A DNA stretch of 64,000 nt from Eubacteriales bacterium (GTDB lineage: Bacteria > Bacillota > Clostridia > Oscillospirales > CAG-272): assembly GCA_045645405.1 (NCBI GenBank), contig JAZRIQ010000025.1, positions 7,957 to 71,956 on the forward strand, in the 5' to 3' direction. The position numbers and the translations under genes were made by a program. Below are positions 56,761 through 64,000 of this stretch, piece by piece (position 1 is the first letter of the stretch; the number at the start of each line of letters is the position of its first letter). The notes below the pieces were generated by a model. It was not told where the DNA came from and did not search any database. It saw only the letters and a list, made by a program, of their open reading frames with translations.

Positions 56761-56860
56761 GTCCAGCGGGATGCAACATACGCACCGCAGCCTTTTGGCT
56801 TTCGTTCAAGGGCAACTCCCCGTCCCTTTGACACTTGACGCACGTATATTTACTCTGTAA
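56761..56860 (-). promoter_or_regulatory. THF (tetrahydrofolate) riboswitch aptamer
   Basis: Minus strand reads AGAGUAaauauaCGUGCGUCAAGUGucaaaGGGACGgggaguuGCCCUUGAACGAAAGCcaaaaGGCUGCGGUGcguauguuGCAUCCCGCUGG. This matches my recollection of the conserved THF-I blocks (AGAGUAG, CGCGUUAAGUG, GGGAUG, ACGAAGC, GCGCGGUG, GCAUCCGCU). Its genomic context is folT-folC. Confidence 0.75.
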
Positions 56861-56873
56861 AATCTATGAGTAT

Positions 56874-56902
56874 ATATTAGCACACGTTATTATTTTTTTC
56901 AA
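56874..56902 (-). promoter_or_regulatory. promoter of the riboswitch-folT-folC unit (TTGAAA-17-TAATAT)
   Basis: -35 is plus-strand tttcaa at 56897-56902; -10 is plus-strand atatta at 56874-56879. Confidence 0.5.
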
Positions 56903-57004
56903 GTGATTTTATTAAATTTCAGTTTTTTAACCTCTATTATTGACAAAAAACGCTATTTGATGTATAATAAACATCACTTAACTAAAATAAAGGATATTAT
57001 ATAA

Positions 57005-57868
57005 ATGGAAGAAATTTTACACGGTGTTAGCCATGCATTTATACATTCCTTAAAAGAGCTACTATTTACTGTTCCCCTTTTGTTTTTAGCGTATCTTTTA
57101 ATGGAATATATTGAGCATAAGGCTTCTACCAAGATGGAATATTCTATATCTAAAATCGGCAAATTCGGTCCGTTTTTAGGCACGGGGCTTGGCTTGATTC
57201 CTCAATGCGGGTTTTCTGCTTCTTGCAGTAATCTATACGCCACGGGACTGCTTACTGAGGGCACGCTTATTGCAGTATTTATCGCTACCTCCGACGAGGC
57301 TATTCCGCTTTTGCTTGCAAGCAGTGACGGTGTACGCGGCGATATTTGGAAATTTATTGTTGTTAAAATTGTTTTTGGTATTTTAATTGGCTTTATGGTT
57401 GATTTAATGCTGAAGATATTGAAGGTTCAAAAGCAGCATATTGAGCTTTGCGAGGATTGCGGCTGTGAGGAGGAGGGCGGAATTGTAAAGCCCGCCCTTA
57501 AGCACACGCTTAAAACCGCTTTATTTATTCTTGCAGTAAGCTTTGTGCTTGGAATTGTAATGGAGTTTGTTGGCGAGGATATTTTACATAAGATACTTTT
57601 AACAAATAGCTATGCGCAGCCGTTTGTTGCAAGCTTGCTTGGTTTAATTCCTAACTGCTCCGTTTCCGTCGCTATGATTGAATTATACTCTGAGGGAGTT
57701 TTATCATTCGGAGCCGCTTGTGCGGGTCTTTGCTCAGGAGCCGGAATCGGTCTTGCGGTATTATTTAAGACTAACAAGTGCTTCAAGGAAAATATGCGAA
57801 TTGTAGGCGTTTTATATGCTACGTCTGCTATGATTGGATTTTTCCTTATGCTATTTAACGTTCAATAA
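57005..57868 (+). CDS. polytopic membrane protein, ArsP_2-like putative metal/metalloid permease
   Basis: About 8-10 TM helices with two IPxCxxS-type motifs (IPQCGFSASCS, IPNCSVSVA) and a central CEDCGCEEE loop. A TTGACA-17-TATAAT promoter lies at 56940-56968. Confidence 0.4.
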   Translation: MEEILHGVSHAFIHSLKELLFTVPLLFLAYLLMEYIEHKASTKMEYSISKIGKFGPFLGTGLGLIPQCGFSASCSNLYATGLLTEGTLIAVFIATSDEAIPLLLASSDGVRGDIWKFIVVKIVFGILIGFMVDLMLKILKVQKQHIELCEDCGCEEEGGIVKPALKHTLKTALFILAVSFVLGIVMEFVGEDILHKILLTNSYAQPFVASLLGLIPNCSVSVAMIELYSEGVLSFGAACAGLCSGAGIGLAVLFKTNKCFKENMRIVGVLYATSAMIGFFLMLFNVQ

Positions 57869-57871
57869 CAG

Positions 57872-57905
57872 AAAATGCTAACCTTGGTGGTTAGCATTTT
57901 ATTTT
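57872..57905. terminator. bidirectional terminator between convergent genes
   Basis: Stem aatgctaacc / ggttagcatt with loop ttgg, flanked by A and T runs. It overlaps the stop codon of the 57891 gene. Confidence 0.7.
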
Positions 57906-58430
57906 TTTGTATTTATTAGCGAAAATTAAAGTGACTACCAATGACGCAACTGTTAATATAGGCATTGAAACAAGTCCAATTAAAGCATCACGCTTGTTTT
58001 GTTCGTTACAGAAATCTAACGAAAATACCATTTCATCGCCTTTCAATTCAAATACGGTATATGAAAATTTTCCGCCGTTTGGTTTCACATAACAGGATAT
58101 TTTACTGCCGTTTTCAATATTATTTACCTTTTCAAACAAGGAATAATACGAGATTTTTGGAAGCTGAAAAATCAATGGTTGCTCTTCTTCTTTTACGTAA
58201 ATCCAAAACTCTCTTGTTTTACTTCCGCGAGTTTCAAAGCTTTCAAAGATAAATTCCTTATACTCAACATCATCGTAAGTCAGCGGTTTTTGATTATATT
58301 CGTATAGCGAAACAACAGATAGTATTATAAACAGTACAAAAAGCACTATACCGCAAATCATATCGGTAAAATATCTTTTTCTCTTTTCTATAAGCTCCTG
58401 TTGCTTTTTTCTTGTTGTTCTGCGTTTCAT
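57891..58430 (-). CDS. hypothetical membrane protein (N- and C-terminal TM helices)
   Basis: 179-aa ORF with a basic N-terminus, a TM helix, a roughly 110-aa soluble middle region and a C-terminal TM helix. The SD is weak (AAAGAG). Confidence 0.5.
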   Translation of the reverse strand: MKRRTTRKKQQELIEKRKRYFTDMICGIVLFVLFIILSVVSLYEYNQKPLTYDDVEYKEFIFESFETRGSKTREFWIYVKEEEQPLIFQLPKISYYSLFEKVNNIENGSKISCYVKPNGGKFSYTVFELKGDEMVFSLDFCNEQNKRDALIGLVSMPILTVASLVVTLIFANKYKKIKC

Positions 58431-58449
58431 ATTATCTCTTTTCTAAAAT

Positions 58450-58965
58450 TCATTTACTGTATATCGAATTCGCATACTCAACGTACTGAAAATCGACGTT
58501 TCCTAAATTATCAAGAGAATATTTTGTTTCTTCTTTATTCCACTCAAGGTAATGCTGTAAAAAGTTTTCCGCAAAGTATTCAAACTCCTCTTCACCGTAT
58601 AGCGTTTTTGTTTCGTAATCGTATAAAAACTTAACGAGTATTCTTTCGTCATCTGTGAAAAAATCAAAAGCAAGTGTACGGGATTCCCAGCTTATTATCA
58701 TACTATAATCAGGAATTCTGATATACATAAACTGTCCAAATTCGTACTGAGCCTCGGAGTTCTCTTTTGAGGTAGTTAACACAGTGTCTCCGCCAAATTG
58801 TTCTTTAACATACAAATTCCAAATTTCCTCGTACACGTTATCGGGGCGGTATATTTTGCGTGTGAGCTTGCTTTTTGTAAAGCAATTTGTCAGCCATAAC
58901 GTTGGGAGTATTATAAGAAGTGCTACTATCACTAATGCGACGGTTATTTTGATTTTTCTTTTCAT
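58450..58965 (-). CDS. hypothetical signal-anchored protein
   Basis: 171-aa ORF with SD AAGGAG, one N-terminal TM helix and an acidic, aromatic-rich ectodomain. Confidence 0.55.
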   Translation of the reverse strand: MKRKIKITVALVIVALLIILPTLWLTNCFTKSKLTRKIYRPDNVYEEIWNLYVKEQFGGDTVLTTSKENSEAQYEFGQFMYIRIPDYSMIISWESRTLAFDFFTDDERILVKFLYDYETKTLYGEEEFEYFAENFLQHYLEWNKEETKYSLDNLGNVDFQYVEYANSIYSK

Positions 58966-59017
58966 TTTTACTCACTCCTTTTTTATAGTGTATCACAGTT
59001 TCATATAAAAATCAAGC

Positions 59018-59049
59018 AACCCACGGTTAACATTTGTAAACCGTGGGTT
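59018..59049 (-). terminator. hairpin between the 59055 and 58965 genes
   Basis: Stem aacccacggtt / aaccgtgggtt with a 10-nt loop. Confidence 0.5.
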
Positions 59050-59054
59050 AGCAT

Positions 59055-59501
59055 TTATTTTATTTCCTTTATGTAAAGTTTCTTTAAGAGCCTTTTTGTT
59101 CTGTGAGTTTTTGTAATATCACCTGTTACAAAGAAACGGCGTTTTTTCTTTTTGGGATAGTTAATATGATAATGAGGCAAGCTGTTTCCGCTAAACCAAC
59201 GTCCTTTTTCTACTATACTTTTTGTTTCCCACCACTCAATCTCTTCTTTAATACCAAAGAAATAAACTATTGTTACGCCCTTTTTAGTAAACACGTAATA
59301 GATTGGTGCAAAAGCCATCGGGGATAAGCTAATTATGGCAAAAGCGAAAAATACCGCCGCCAAGCGTGCTTCTTTTCCAAAAAAGGAAAACACGGCAAAA
59401 GCACCCAACAAAGCGCTCATAGAAATCCACAAAAAAATGTGCGTATTCAATGCGCGATATTTTCTTATTTTCTGTTCTTTTTCTTCGTTGCGCTTTTTCA
59501 T
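59055..59501 (-). CDS. hypothetical membrane protein (2 TM helices plus a basic cytoplasmic domain)
   Basis: 148-aa ORF. Its start directly abuts the stop of the upstream gene, and the SD GGAGGA lies inside that gene. Confidence 0.55.
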   Translation of the reverse strand: MKKRNEEKEQKIRKYRALNTHIFLWISMSALLGAFAVFSFFGKEARLAAVFFAFAIISLSPMAFAPIYYVFTKKGVTIVYFFGIKEEIEWWETKSIVEKGRWFSGNSLPHYHINYPKKKKRRFFVTGDITKTHRTKRLLKKLYIKEIK

Positions 59502-59897
59502 TCAATCCTCCAGTTTCATAAGCTTTATTGAGCAATATGAAATCACAATGAAGGATAATGCACAAAGAGAAAAGAACAAATATGATCCTGCGCTTATGAA
59601 CATCGCTCCTAAAATAGCAGAAGAAAATCCAAACAAAAATGAAATCCCCACACTTCTTCTGTCAGGAGTTTTGACGCTTATGTAATAAATAGCATTGGCA
59701 ACTCCCAGTAGCTCAATCAGTAAGAATGCAACGAGCAATACACTTATATAGAAGTATTGATTTTGATTTATGTATTGGAATATATTAAAAAGCTCCGTGC
59801 TTTTTGACGTTTCTGATGTTTGAAGCACAGGAAACAGCAAAGAAAGCGGTACTATCAAGTGAAAAATCAAAATTATGACCGAAAATTTTTTACCCAT
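59502..59897 (-). CDS. hypothetical 4-TM membrane protein
   Basis: 131-aa ORF with SD AAGGAG and a TTGACA-17-TAAAAT promoter upstream. Confidence 0.55.
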   Translation of the reverse strand: MGKKFSVIILIFHLIVPLSLLFPVLQTSETSKSTELFNIFQYINQNQYFYISVLLVAFLLIELLGVANAIYYISVKTPDRRSVGISFLFGFSSAILGAMFISAGSYLFFSLCALSFIVISYCSIKLMKLED

Positions 59898-60009
59898 TTT
59901 CTTCTCCTTTCTTGATGCAATAAATATAGATTTGAGCGTTATTTTTACAATATTTTATCATATATGAATTTTTATGTCAAGTTTGCATAATATATATTTT
60001 AAAAAAGTG

Positions 60010-60038
60010 TTGATTTTTCTTTTTGATTATGTTAAAAT
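60010..60038 (+). promoter_or_regulatory. promoter of the thrS T-box leader (TTGATT-17-TAAAAT)
   Basis: -35 at 60010-60015 and -10 at 60033-60038. Confidence 0.55.
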
Positions 60039-60053
60039 GTGTGTGAATTAAAT

Positions 60054-60267
60054 TAAAGGCTGTGAAAAAGACAGTAGCATATTACGTAGGTTTCAGAGAG
60101 AGGATGGCGGTGCGATTTCCTTACCGAATTTTATGCGAATACCACTTTTGAGCCGTGTGGCGGTAAAAAGCCATACCGTATTTCTGCGTTAAAGAACAAA
60201 CAAGTTAAACTTAAGGTGGAACCGTGCTATGCACCCTTAACGCGCTTTGCGTTAAAGGTGTTTTTTT
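60054..60267 (+). promoter_or_regulatory. T-box leader (threonine specifier ACC)
   Basis: AGAGA box and GGUGCGA distal-loop motif. The specifier-loop sequence is gaauACCAc (ACC at 60141-60143, followed by a purine). The T-box sequence is AAGGUGGAACCGUG (60213-60226). The terminator is cacccttaacgcg/cgttaaaggtg followed by TTTTTTT (60232-60267). Confidence 0.85.
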
Positions 60268-60309
60268 ATTTGAATTGTTTTGTTAATTATTAAAAGGAGT
60301 ATATATACT

Positions 60310-62109
60310 ATGAAAATCATGTTAAACAACGGTACTGTATCAGAGTGTACCGACAAAAATGAGGAGCTTCACATTATAAGACATACTGCTGCTCACATTT
60401 TGGCTCAAGCTATCTTGCGTCTTTATCCACACGCAAAGTTTGCTTATGGTCCTGCAAATGAAAAGGGCTTTTACTACGACGTTGATTTAGGTGACACAAA
60501 GTTAACAGACAGCGACCTTGCAACTATCGAAAAGGAAATGAAGAAAATCACAAAGGAAAATCTTCCTATTAAGGCTTTCACTTTACCTCGTGATGAAGCT
60601 ATTAAGCTTATGGAGGAAAGAGGAGAGATTTACAAGGTTGAGCATATTGGCGATTTAGATGCTGATGCGACAATTACGTTCTATCAGCAGGGCGAGTACA
60701 TTGATATGTGCGTTGGTCCTCACCTTTGCTACACAAAGGCACTTAAAGCGTTTAAGCTCACAAAGCTTTCCGGCGCTTACTGGAAAAACGATAAGAACAA
60801 CAAGATGTTAACCCGTGTAAACGGCACTGCATTTGCTACACAGGATGAGCTTGACGAATATTTAAAGATGGTTGAGGAGGCTGAAAAGCGTGACCACAAT
60901 AAGATTGGTCGTGAGCTTGAATTCTTTACAACAGTTGATTCAATCGGTCAAGGCTTACCTATTCTTTTGCCAAAGGGCTCAAGAGTTATTCAGCTTTTAC
61001 AAAGATGGGTTGAGGATACAGAGCAAAAAAGGGGCTATCTCTTAACAAAGACACCTCTTATGGCAAAGAGAGAGCTATTCAAGATCTCAGGTCACTGGGA
61101 CCACTATCTTGACGGTATGTTCGTTATGGGTGACCCGGACGATTACACAAAAGAATGCTTCGCGCTCCGTCCTATGACATGTCCATTCCAATATCAAGTA
61201 TTCTTAAACAAGAAGCGTTCATACAGAGATCTTCCTATGCGTCTTGGCGAAACCTCTACTCTCTTTAGAAACGAGGACAGTGGCGAAATGCACGGTCTTA
61301 TTCGTGTTCGTCAATTTACAATTTCAGAGGGACACCTTGTTCTCCGTCCCGATCAGCTTGCAGAGGAATTCAAGGGCTGTCTTGACCTTGCTAAGTACTG
61401 CCTTGAAACTGTTGGTCTTTGGGAGGACTGCACATTCAGATTCTCACAGTGGGATCCTAATCGTACTGACAAGTATGAGGGCACACCTGAGCAATGGAAT
61501 GAGGCTCAAGAAATCATGGGCAAGCTTCTTGATGAAATTGGTCTTGAATATGAGGTTGGTATTGACGAGGCTGCATTCTACGGTCCTAAGCTTGACATTC
61601 AATGTAAGAACGTATTCGGTAAAGAGGATACAATTGTTACTATTCAAATTGATATGCTTCTTGCTAAAAAGTTCGGCATGGAATACGTTGATTCAAACAA
61701 TCAGCTTGCAACGCCATATATCATTCACAGAACATCACTTGGCTGTTATGAAAGAACACTTGCTTTAATTCTTGAAAAATATGCAGGCGCGCTTCCACTT
61801 TGGTTATCTCCTGTTCAAGCGGTTATTGTTCCTATTAACTCCGAGTTTGACGGCTATGCAAAAGAGGTTCAGGCTAAAATGCTTGAGCGCGGTATGAGAG
61901 TTGAGGTTGACTGCCGTAATGAAACTATGGGTAAGCGTATTCGCGAGGCTCAGCTTGATAAGGTTAACTATGTGTTAGTAATTGGCGCTAACGAGGTTGA
62001 AAGTGGTACTGTTTCATTAAGAGCACGTGGTGGTGTAAATCTTGGCGCTATGACTATTGACGAAATGCTTGATAAGTTAACAAGTGAAATTAACGAAAAG
62101 GTTAGATAA
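60310..62109 (+). CDS. thrS: threonine--tRNA ligase (short N-terminus)
   Basis: Class II core motifs and an editing-domain motif (HIIRHTAAHILAQA) already at residues about 21-35. The start is set at MKIMLNNG (ATG at 60310) with AAGGAG upstream. Confidence 0.9.
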   Translation: MKIMLNNGTVSECTDKNEELHIIRHTAAHILAQAILRLYPHAKFAYGPANEKGFYYDVDLGDTKLTDSDLATIEKEMKKITKENLPIKAFTLPRDEAIKLMEERGEIYKVEHIGDLDADATITFYQQGEYIDMCVGPHLCYTKALKAFKLTKLSGAYWKNDKNNKMLTRVNGTAFATQDELDEYLKMVEEAEKRDHNKIGRELEFFTTVDSIGQGLPILLPKGSRVIQLLQRWVEDTEQKRGYLLTKTPLMAKRELFKISGHWDHYLDGMFVMGDPDDYTKECFALRPMTCPFQYQVFLNKKRSYRDLPMRLGETSTLFRNEDSGEMHGLIRVRQFTISEGHLVLRPDQLAEEFKGCLDLAKYCLETVGLWEDCTFRFSQWDPNRTDKYEGTPEQWNEAQEIMGKLLDEIGLEYEVGIDEAAFYGPKLDIQCKNVFGKEDTIVTIQIDMLLAKKFGMEYVDSNNQLATPYIIHRTSLGCYERTLALILEKYAGALPLWLSPVQAVIVPINSEFDGYAKEVQAKMLERGMRVEVDCRNETMGKRIREAQLDKVNYVLVIGANEVESGTVSLRARGGVNLGAMTIDEMLDKLTSEINEKVR

Positions 62110-62141
62110 TTGGCAACAATAGAATAAAAGGAGGATTTAAT

Positions 62142-62747
62142 ATGATTGATAACTCTGCTTTATTCAAAATAGGCTACGGTCTTTATGCCATTTCATATAA
62201 TGACGGCAAAAGAGATAATGCTTTTGTTTGCAACACCGTTATTCAGCTTACCTCGACTCCAATAAAGCTTGCGGTTACGGTAAATAAGCAAAATTATTCT
62301 CACGACGTTATTAAGGAAACCAAAAAGCTCAACGTTAACTGCTTGACGGAAAACGTTAAATTTGACGTATTTGAGCGCTTTGGATTCCATAGTGGTCGTG
62401 ACACAAGCAAATTTGATGGTTTTGATTATTGGAAAAGCCAAAACGGTCTTGCGGTATTTACTGCTGATTATATCAATGCGTTTATGTCCTGTGAGGTAAC
62501 TGACTATATTGATTTAGGCACACACGGTATGTTCATTTGCGAGGTAACTAACGCTATGAGCTTAACTAATGATGAATCTATGACATACAGCTACTACCAC
62601 AAAAACGTAAAGCCAAAGCCTAACGCGCAAAAAAAGTCGGGGTACGTGTGCAAGATTTGCGGTTACGTTCACGAGGGTGACACGTTGCCCGATGACTTTG
62701 TTTGTCCTATTTGTAAACACGGCGCTGCTGATTTTGAAAAGCTATAA
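62142..62747 (+). CDS. flavin reductase domain fused to rubredoxin (high-molecular-weight rubredoxin-like)
   Basis: The N-terminal roughly 150 aa form a flavin-reductase-like fold. The C-terminal part YVCKICGYVHEG...FVCPICKHG has the rubredoxin 2x CxxC pattern. Confidence 0.7.
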   Translation: MIDNSALFKIGYGLYAISYNDGKRDNAFVCNTVIQLTSTPIKLAVTVNKQNYSHDVIKETKKLNVNCLTENVKFDVFERFGFHSGRDTSKFDGFDYWKSQNGLAVFTADYINAFMSCEVTDYIDLGTHGMFICEVTNAMSLTNDESMTYSYYHKNVKPKPNAQKKSGYVCKICGYVHEGDTLPDDFVCPICKHGAADFEKL

Positions 62748-62749
62748 AA

Positions 62750-62786
62750 AAATTATCACTGCAAGATTTTCTTGCAGTGATTTTTA
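62750..62786. terminator. bidirectional terminator
   Basis: Stem atcactgcaag / cttgcagtgat, flanked by A and T runs. Confidence 0.75.
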
Positions 62787-63125
62787 TTATACTAACTGAA
62801 TTTCGATGCCTACTACGCCAAATTTGTTAATTTCGTCCACGGGGTAGTATTTTTCCATATCCTTGGGGTCTGCGTTTTCATGTTTCGAATAGCCAAGGCG
62901 TGATTTATCAAAAGCGTTATAAAGCTCAGAAAAATTATTAAAGAGGTGCTTATTTAACACGATTACTCTTATAGTTTCGTATGACTCTGTGTTTGTAAAA
63001 GCTATTATATCCCCTATTTCTATCGTTTGTCTTTTGTCATCGTTAAGGCGCATTTCAATATCCTTGCAGCCTATTTTAATCAAGTCGTAGGGGTGAGGTT
63101 TTAATTTCATATAATGTATTTTCAT
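62787..63125 (-). CDS. ASCH-domain protein
   Basis: 112 aa. MKLKPHPYDLIKIGCKDIEMRLNDDKR...IGDIIAF resembles the ASC-1 homology/PUA-like fold. No clear SD, so the start is uncertain (M1 or M6). Confidence 0.5.
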   Translation of the reverse strand: MKIHYMKLKPHPYDLIKIGCKDIEMRLNDDKRQTIEIGDIIAFTNTESYETIRVIVLNKHLFNNFSELYNAFDKSRLGYSKHENADPKDMEKYYPVDEINKFGVVGIEIQLV

Positions 63126-63134
63126 ATTATGTTC

Positions 63135-63926
63135 TTATCTATATAACTCGTCCGCATACGAATAGTAATATTCCTGTATTGTATCATCCATATACTCAAA
63201 CGCCTTTTCCTGCAAATCATCGGGTATTCCAAAGTACGCTTCTGCTATTGCTCCCGCCATTGCACCGATAGTATCACAGTCGCCGCCTAATGATATTGCA
63301 TTTCTTACAGCGTCCTCAAAATCTGTAGATTCCAAAAAGCACACTATTGCTTGAGGCACGCTGCCCTTACAGGTAACGTCAAAGGAATACGTAGGTCGTA
63401 TATCATCAAGGGTGAAATTAAGCGGGTAATAATTATCGCTTATATATTTTCTGATTTCTTCCTTGCTTTTGCCTTCTTTGGCTAAAAATACTGCGGCGGC
63501 TATTGCTTGCGCGCCGATTATCCCGTCCGTTGAATTGTGAGTTACCTCGGCGCTCCATTTTGCAAGATTTTCAACCTCTTCAAGATTATTTCCTGCGTAT
63601 GCCACAGGGGAAACTCTCATTCCGGAGCCGTTGCCAAAGCTATTATATGCTCCTCTTGTATCATCAATAAGCCACTTGTAAAAGTTACCGCCGAAGCCTG
63701 CGTCAAGATATTGATTGCCGATAAGTCGCATAAAATAAGCGGCTTTTTCCTTGAAATCATCCTCGTCGCATAAATCTGCATTTACGCAAGCGCAACCTAT
63801 TGCTACGGTCATCAGACTATCGTCCGTTAAGCGACTGCCACTTGTAAAAAGGGGAAATTCCTTTAATTTATGGGAGTTGAATTCATAAACCGAGCCAATA
63901 ATATCGCCTAAAATTGCACCTAACAT
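63135..63926 (-). CDS. ADP-ribosylglycohydrolase family protein
   Basis: N-terminal MLGAILGDIIGSVYEF..., a TDDS motif and the C-terminal GGDCDTIGAMAGAIAEA motif typical of the ARH/DraG family. The start is set at ATG 63926; the track start at 63953 adds a basic extension that overlaps the upstream ORF. Confidence 0.75.
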   Translation of the reverse strand: MLGAILGDIIGSVYEFNSHKLKEFPLFTSGSRLTDDSLMTVAIGCACVNADLCDEDDFKEKAAYFMRLIGNQYLDAGFGGNFYKWLIDDTRGAYNSFGNGSGMRVSPVAYAGNNLEEVENLAKWSAEVTHNSTDGIIGAQAIAAAVFLAKEGKSKEEIRKYISDNYYPLNFTLDDIRPTYSFDVTCKGSVPQAIVCFLESTDFEDAVRNAISLGGDCDTIGAMAGAIAEAYFGIPDDLQEKAFEYMDDTIQEYYYSYADELYR

Positions 63927-63927
63927 A

Positions 63928-64000
63928 TTATCCCTCTTCCTTTTTTTGGTCACCTACTATTGCGTACAGCTCGTCCAACGTTTGCTTTTCATCATAAGTG
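63928..64000 (-). CDS. 3' end of an unidentified upstream gene (partial)
   Basis: Open frame ...TYDEKQTLDELYAIVGDQKKEEG ending at TAA (63928-63930), 1 nt before the ARH start. It is too short to identify. Confidence 0.35.
   Translation of the reverse strand, partial: TYDEKQTLDELYAIVGDQKKEEG

Noticed and set aside
56708-56815. N-terminal 36-49 codons of the 214-aa folT track ORF (MPLNESQKAAVRMLHPAGLISKMVAKSVFHF...).
   Set aside because: This stretch is the THF riboswitch aptamer and its terminator. The reading frame is open by chance, and no SD precedes any of its ATGs.
61244-61768. 174-aa alternative-frame ORF inside thrS. Similar long internal or antisense ORFs occur at 14040-14432, 38555-38962, 40197-40610, 53563-53970 and 52333-52695.
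   Set aside because: All lie wholly inside well-supported conserved genes, lack SDs and have unnatural composition. They are frame shadows.

Overview
This is a gene-dense, low-GC chromosomal segment of 64 kb with about 57 CDS, 1 tRNA and 2 cis-regulatory leader RNAs. It looks like a Clostridia-class Firmicute. Supporting signs are AddAB instead of RecBCD, a T-box leader on thrS, a THF riboswitch in front of an ECF-type folT-folC pair, GTP-type PEP carboxykinase, formate-THF ligase, strong GGAGG Shine-Dalgarno (SD) sites and many near-perfect TTGACA-17-TATAAT promoters. Most of the content is housekeeping: tadA, a type IIA topoisomerase B subunit, addB/addA, tyrS, pck, fhs, tsaE/tsaB, rpiB, araA, ung, birA, mtaB, folC and thrS. 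Scattered among these are stand-alone glycan-utilisation genes: a permuted GH3, a SASA-type esterase, GH29-like and GH78-like enzymes, and a ThuA plus Gfo/Idh/MocA pair. There is also a small glycopolymer synthesis/export cluster and an NfeD-SPFH pair. I saw no transposase, integrase, CRISPR array, rRNA or recognisable defence system. The least explained region is 21.7-28.1 kb. It holds a 1975-aa secreted protein that alternates lectin-like and Cys-rich modules, contains three near-identical 222-nt in-frame repeats and has no recognisable wall anchor. That gene is followed by an unannotated 35-aa acidic peptide gene and a block of GC-rich cUUCGg hairpins. The N-terminal half of the 35-aa peptide is clearly paralogous to a second, independently transcribed 57-aa small protein at 39.6 kb. 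This suggests a small-peptide family that I cannot assign to any known class. All calls come from reading the sequence and translations by eye. No database search was run.
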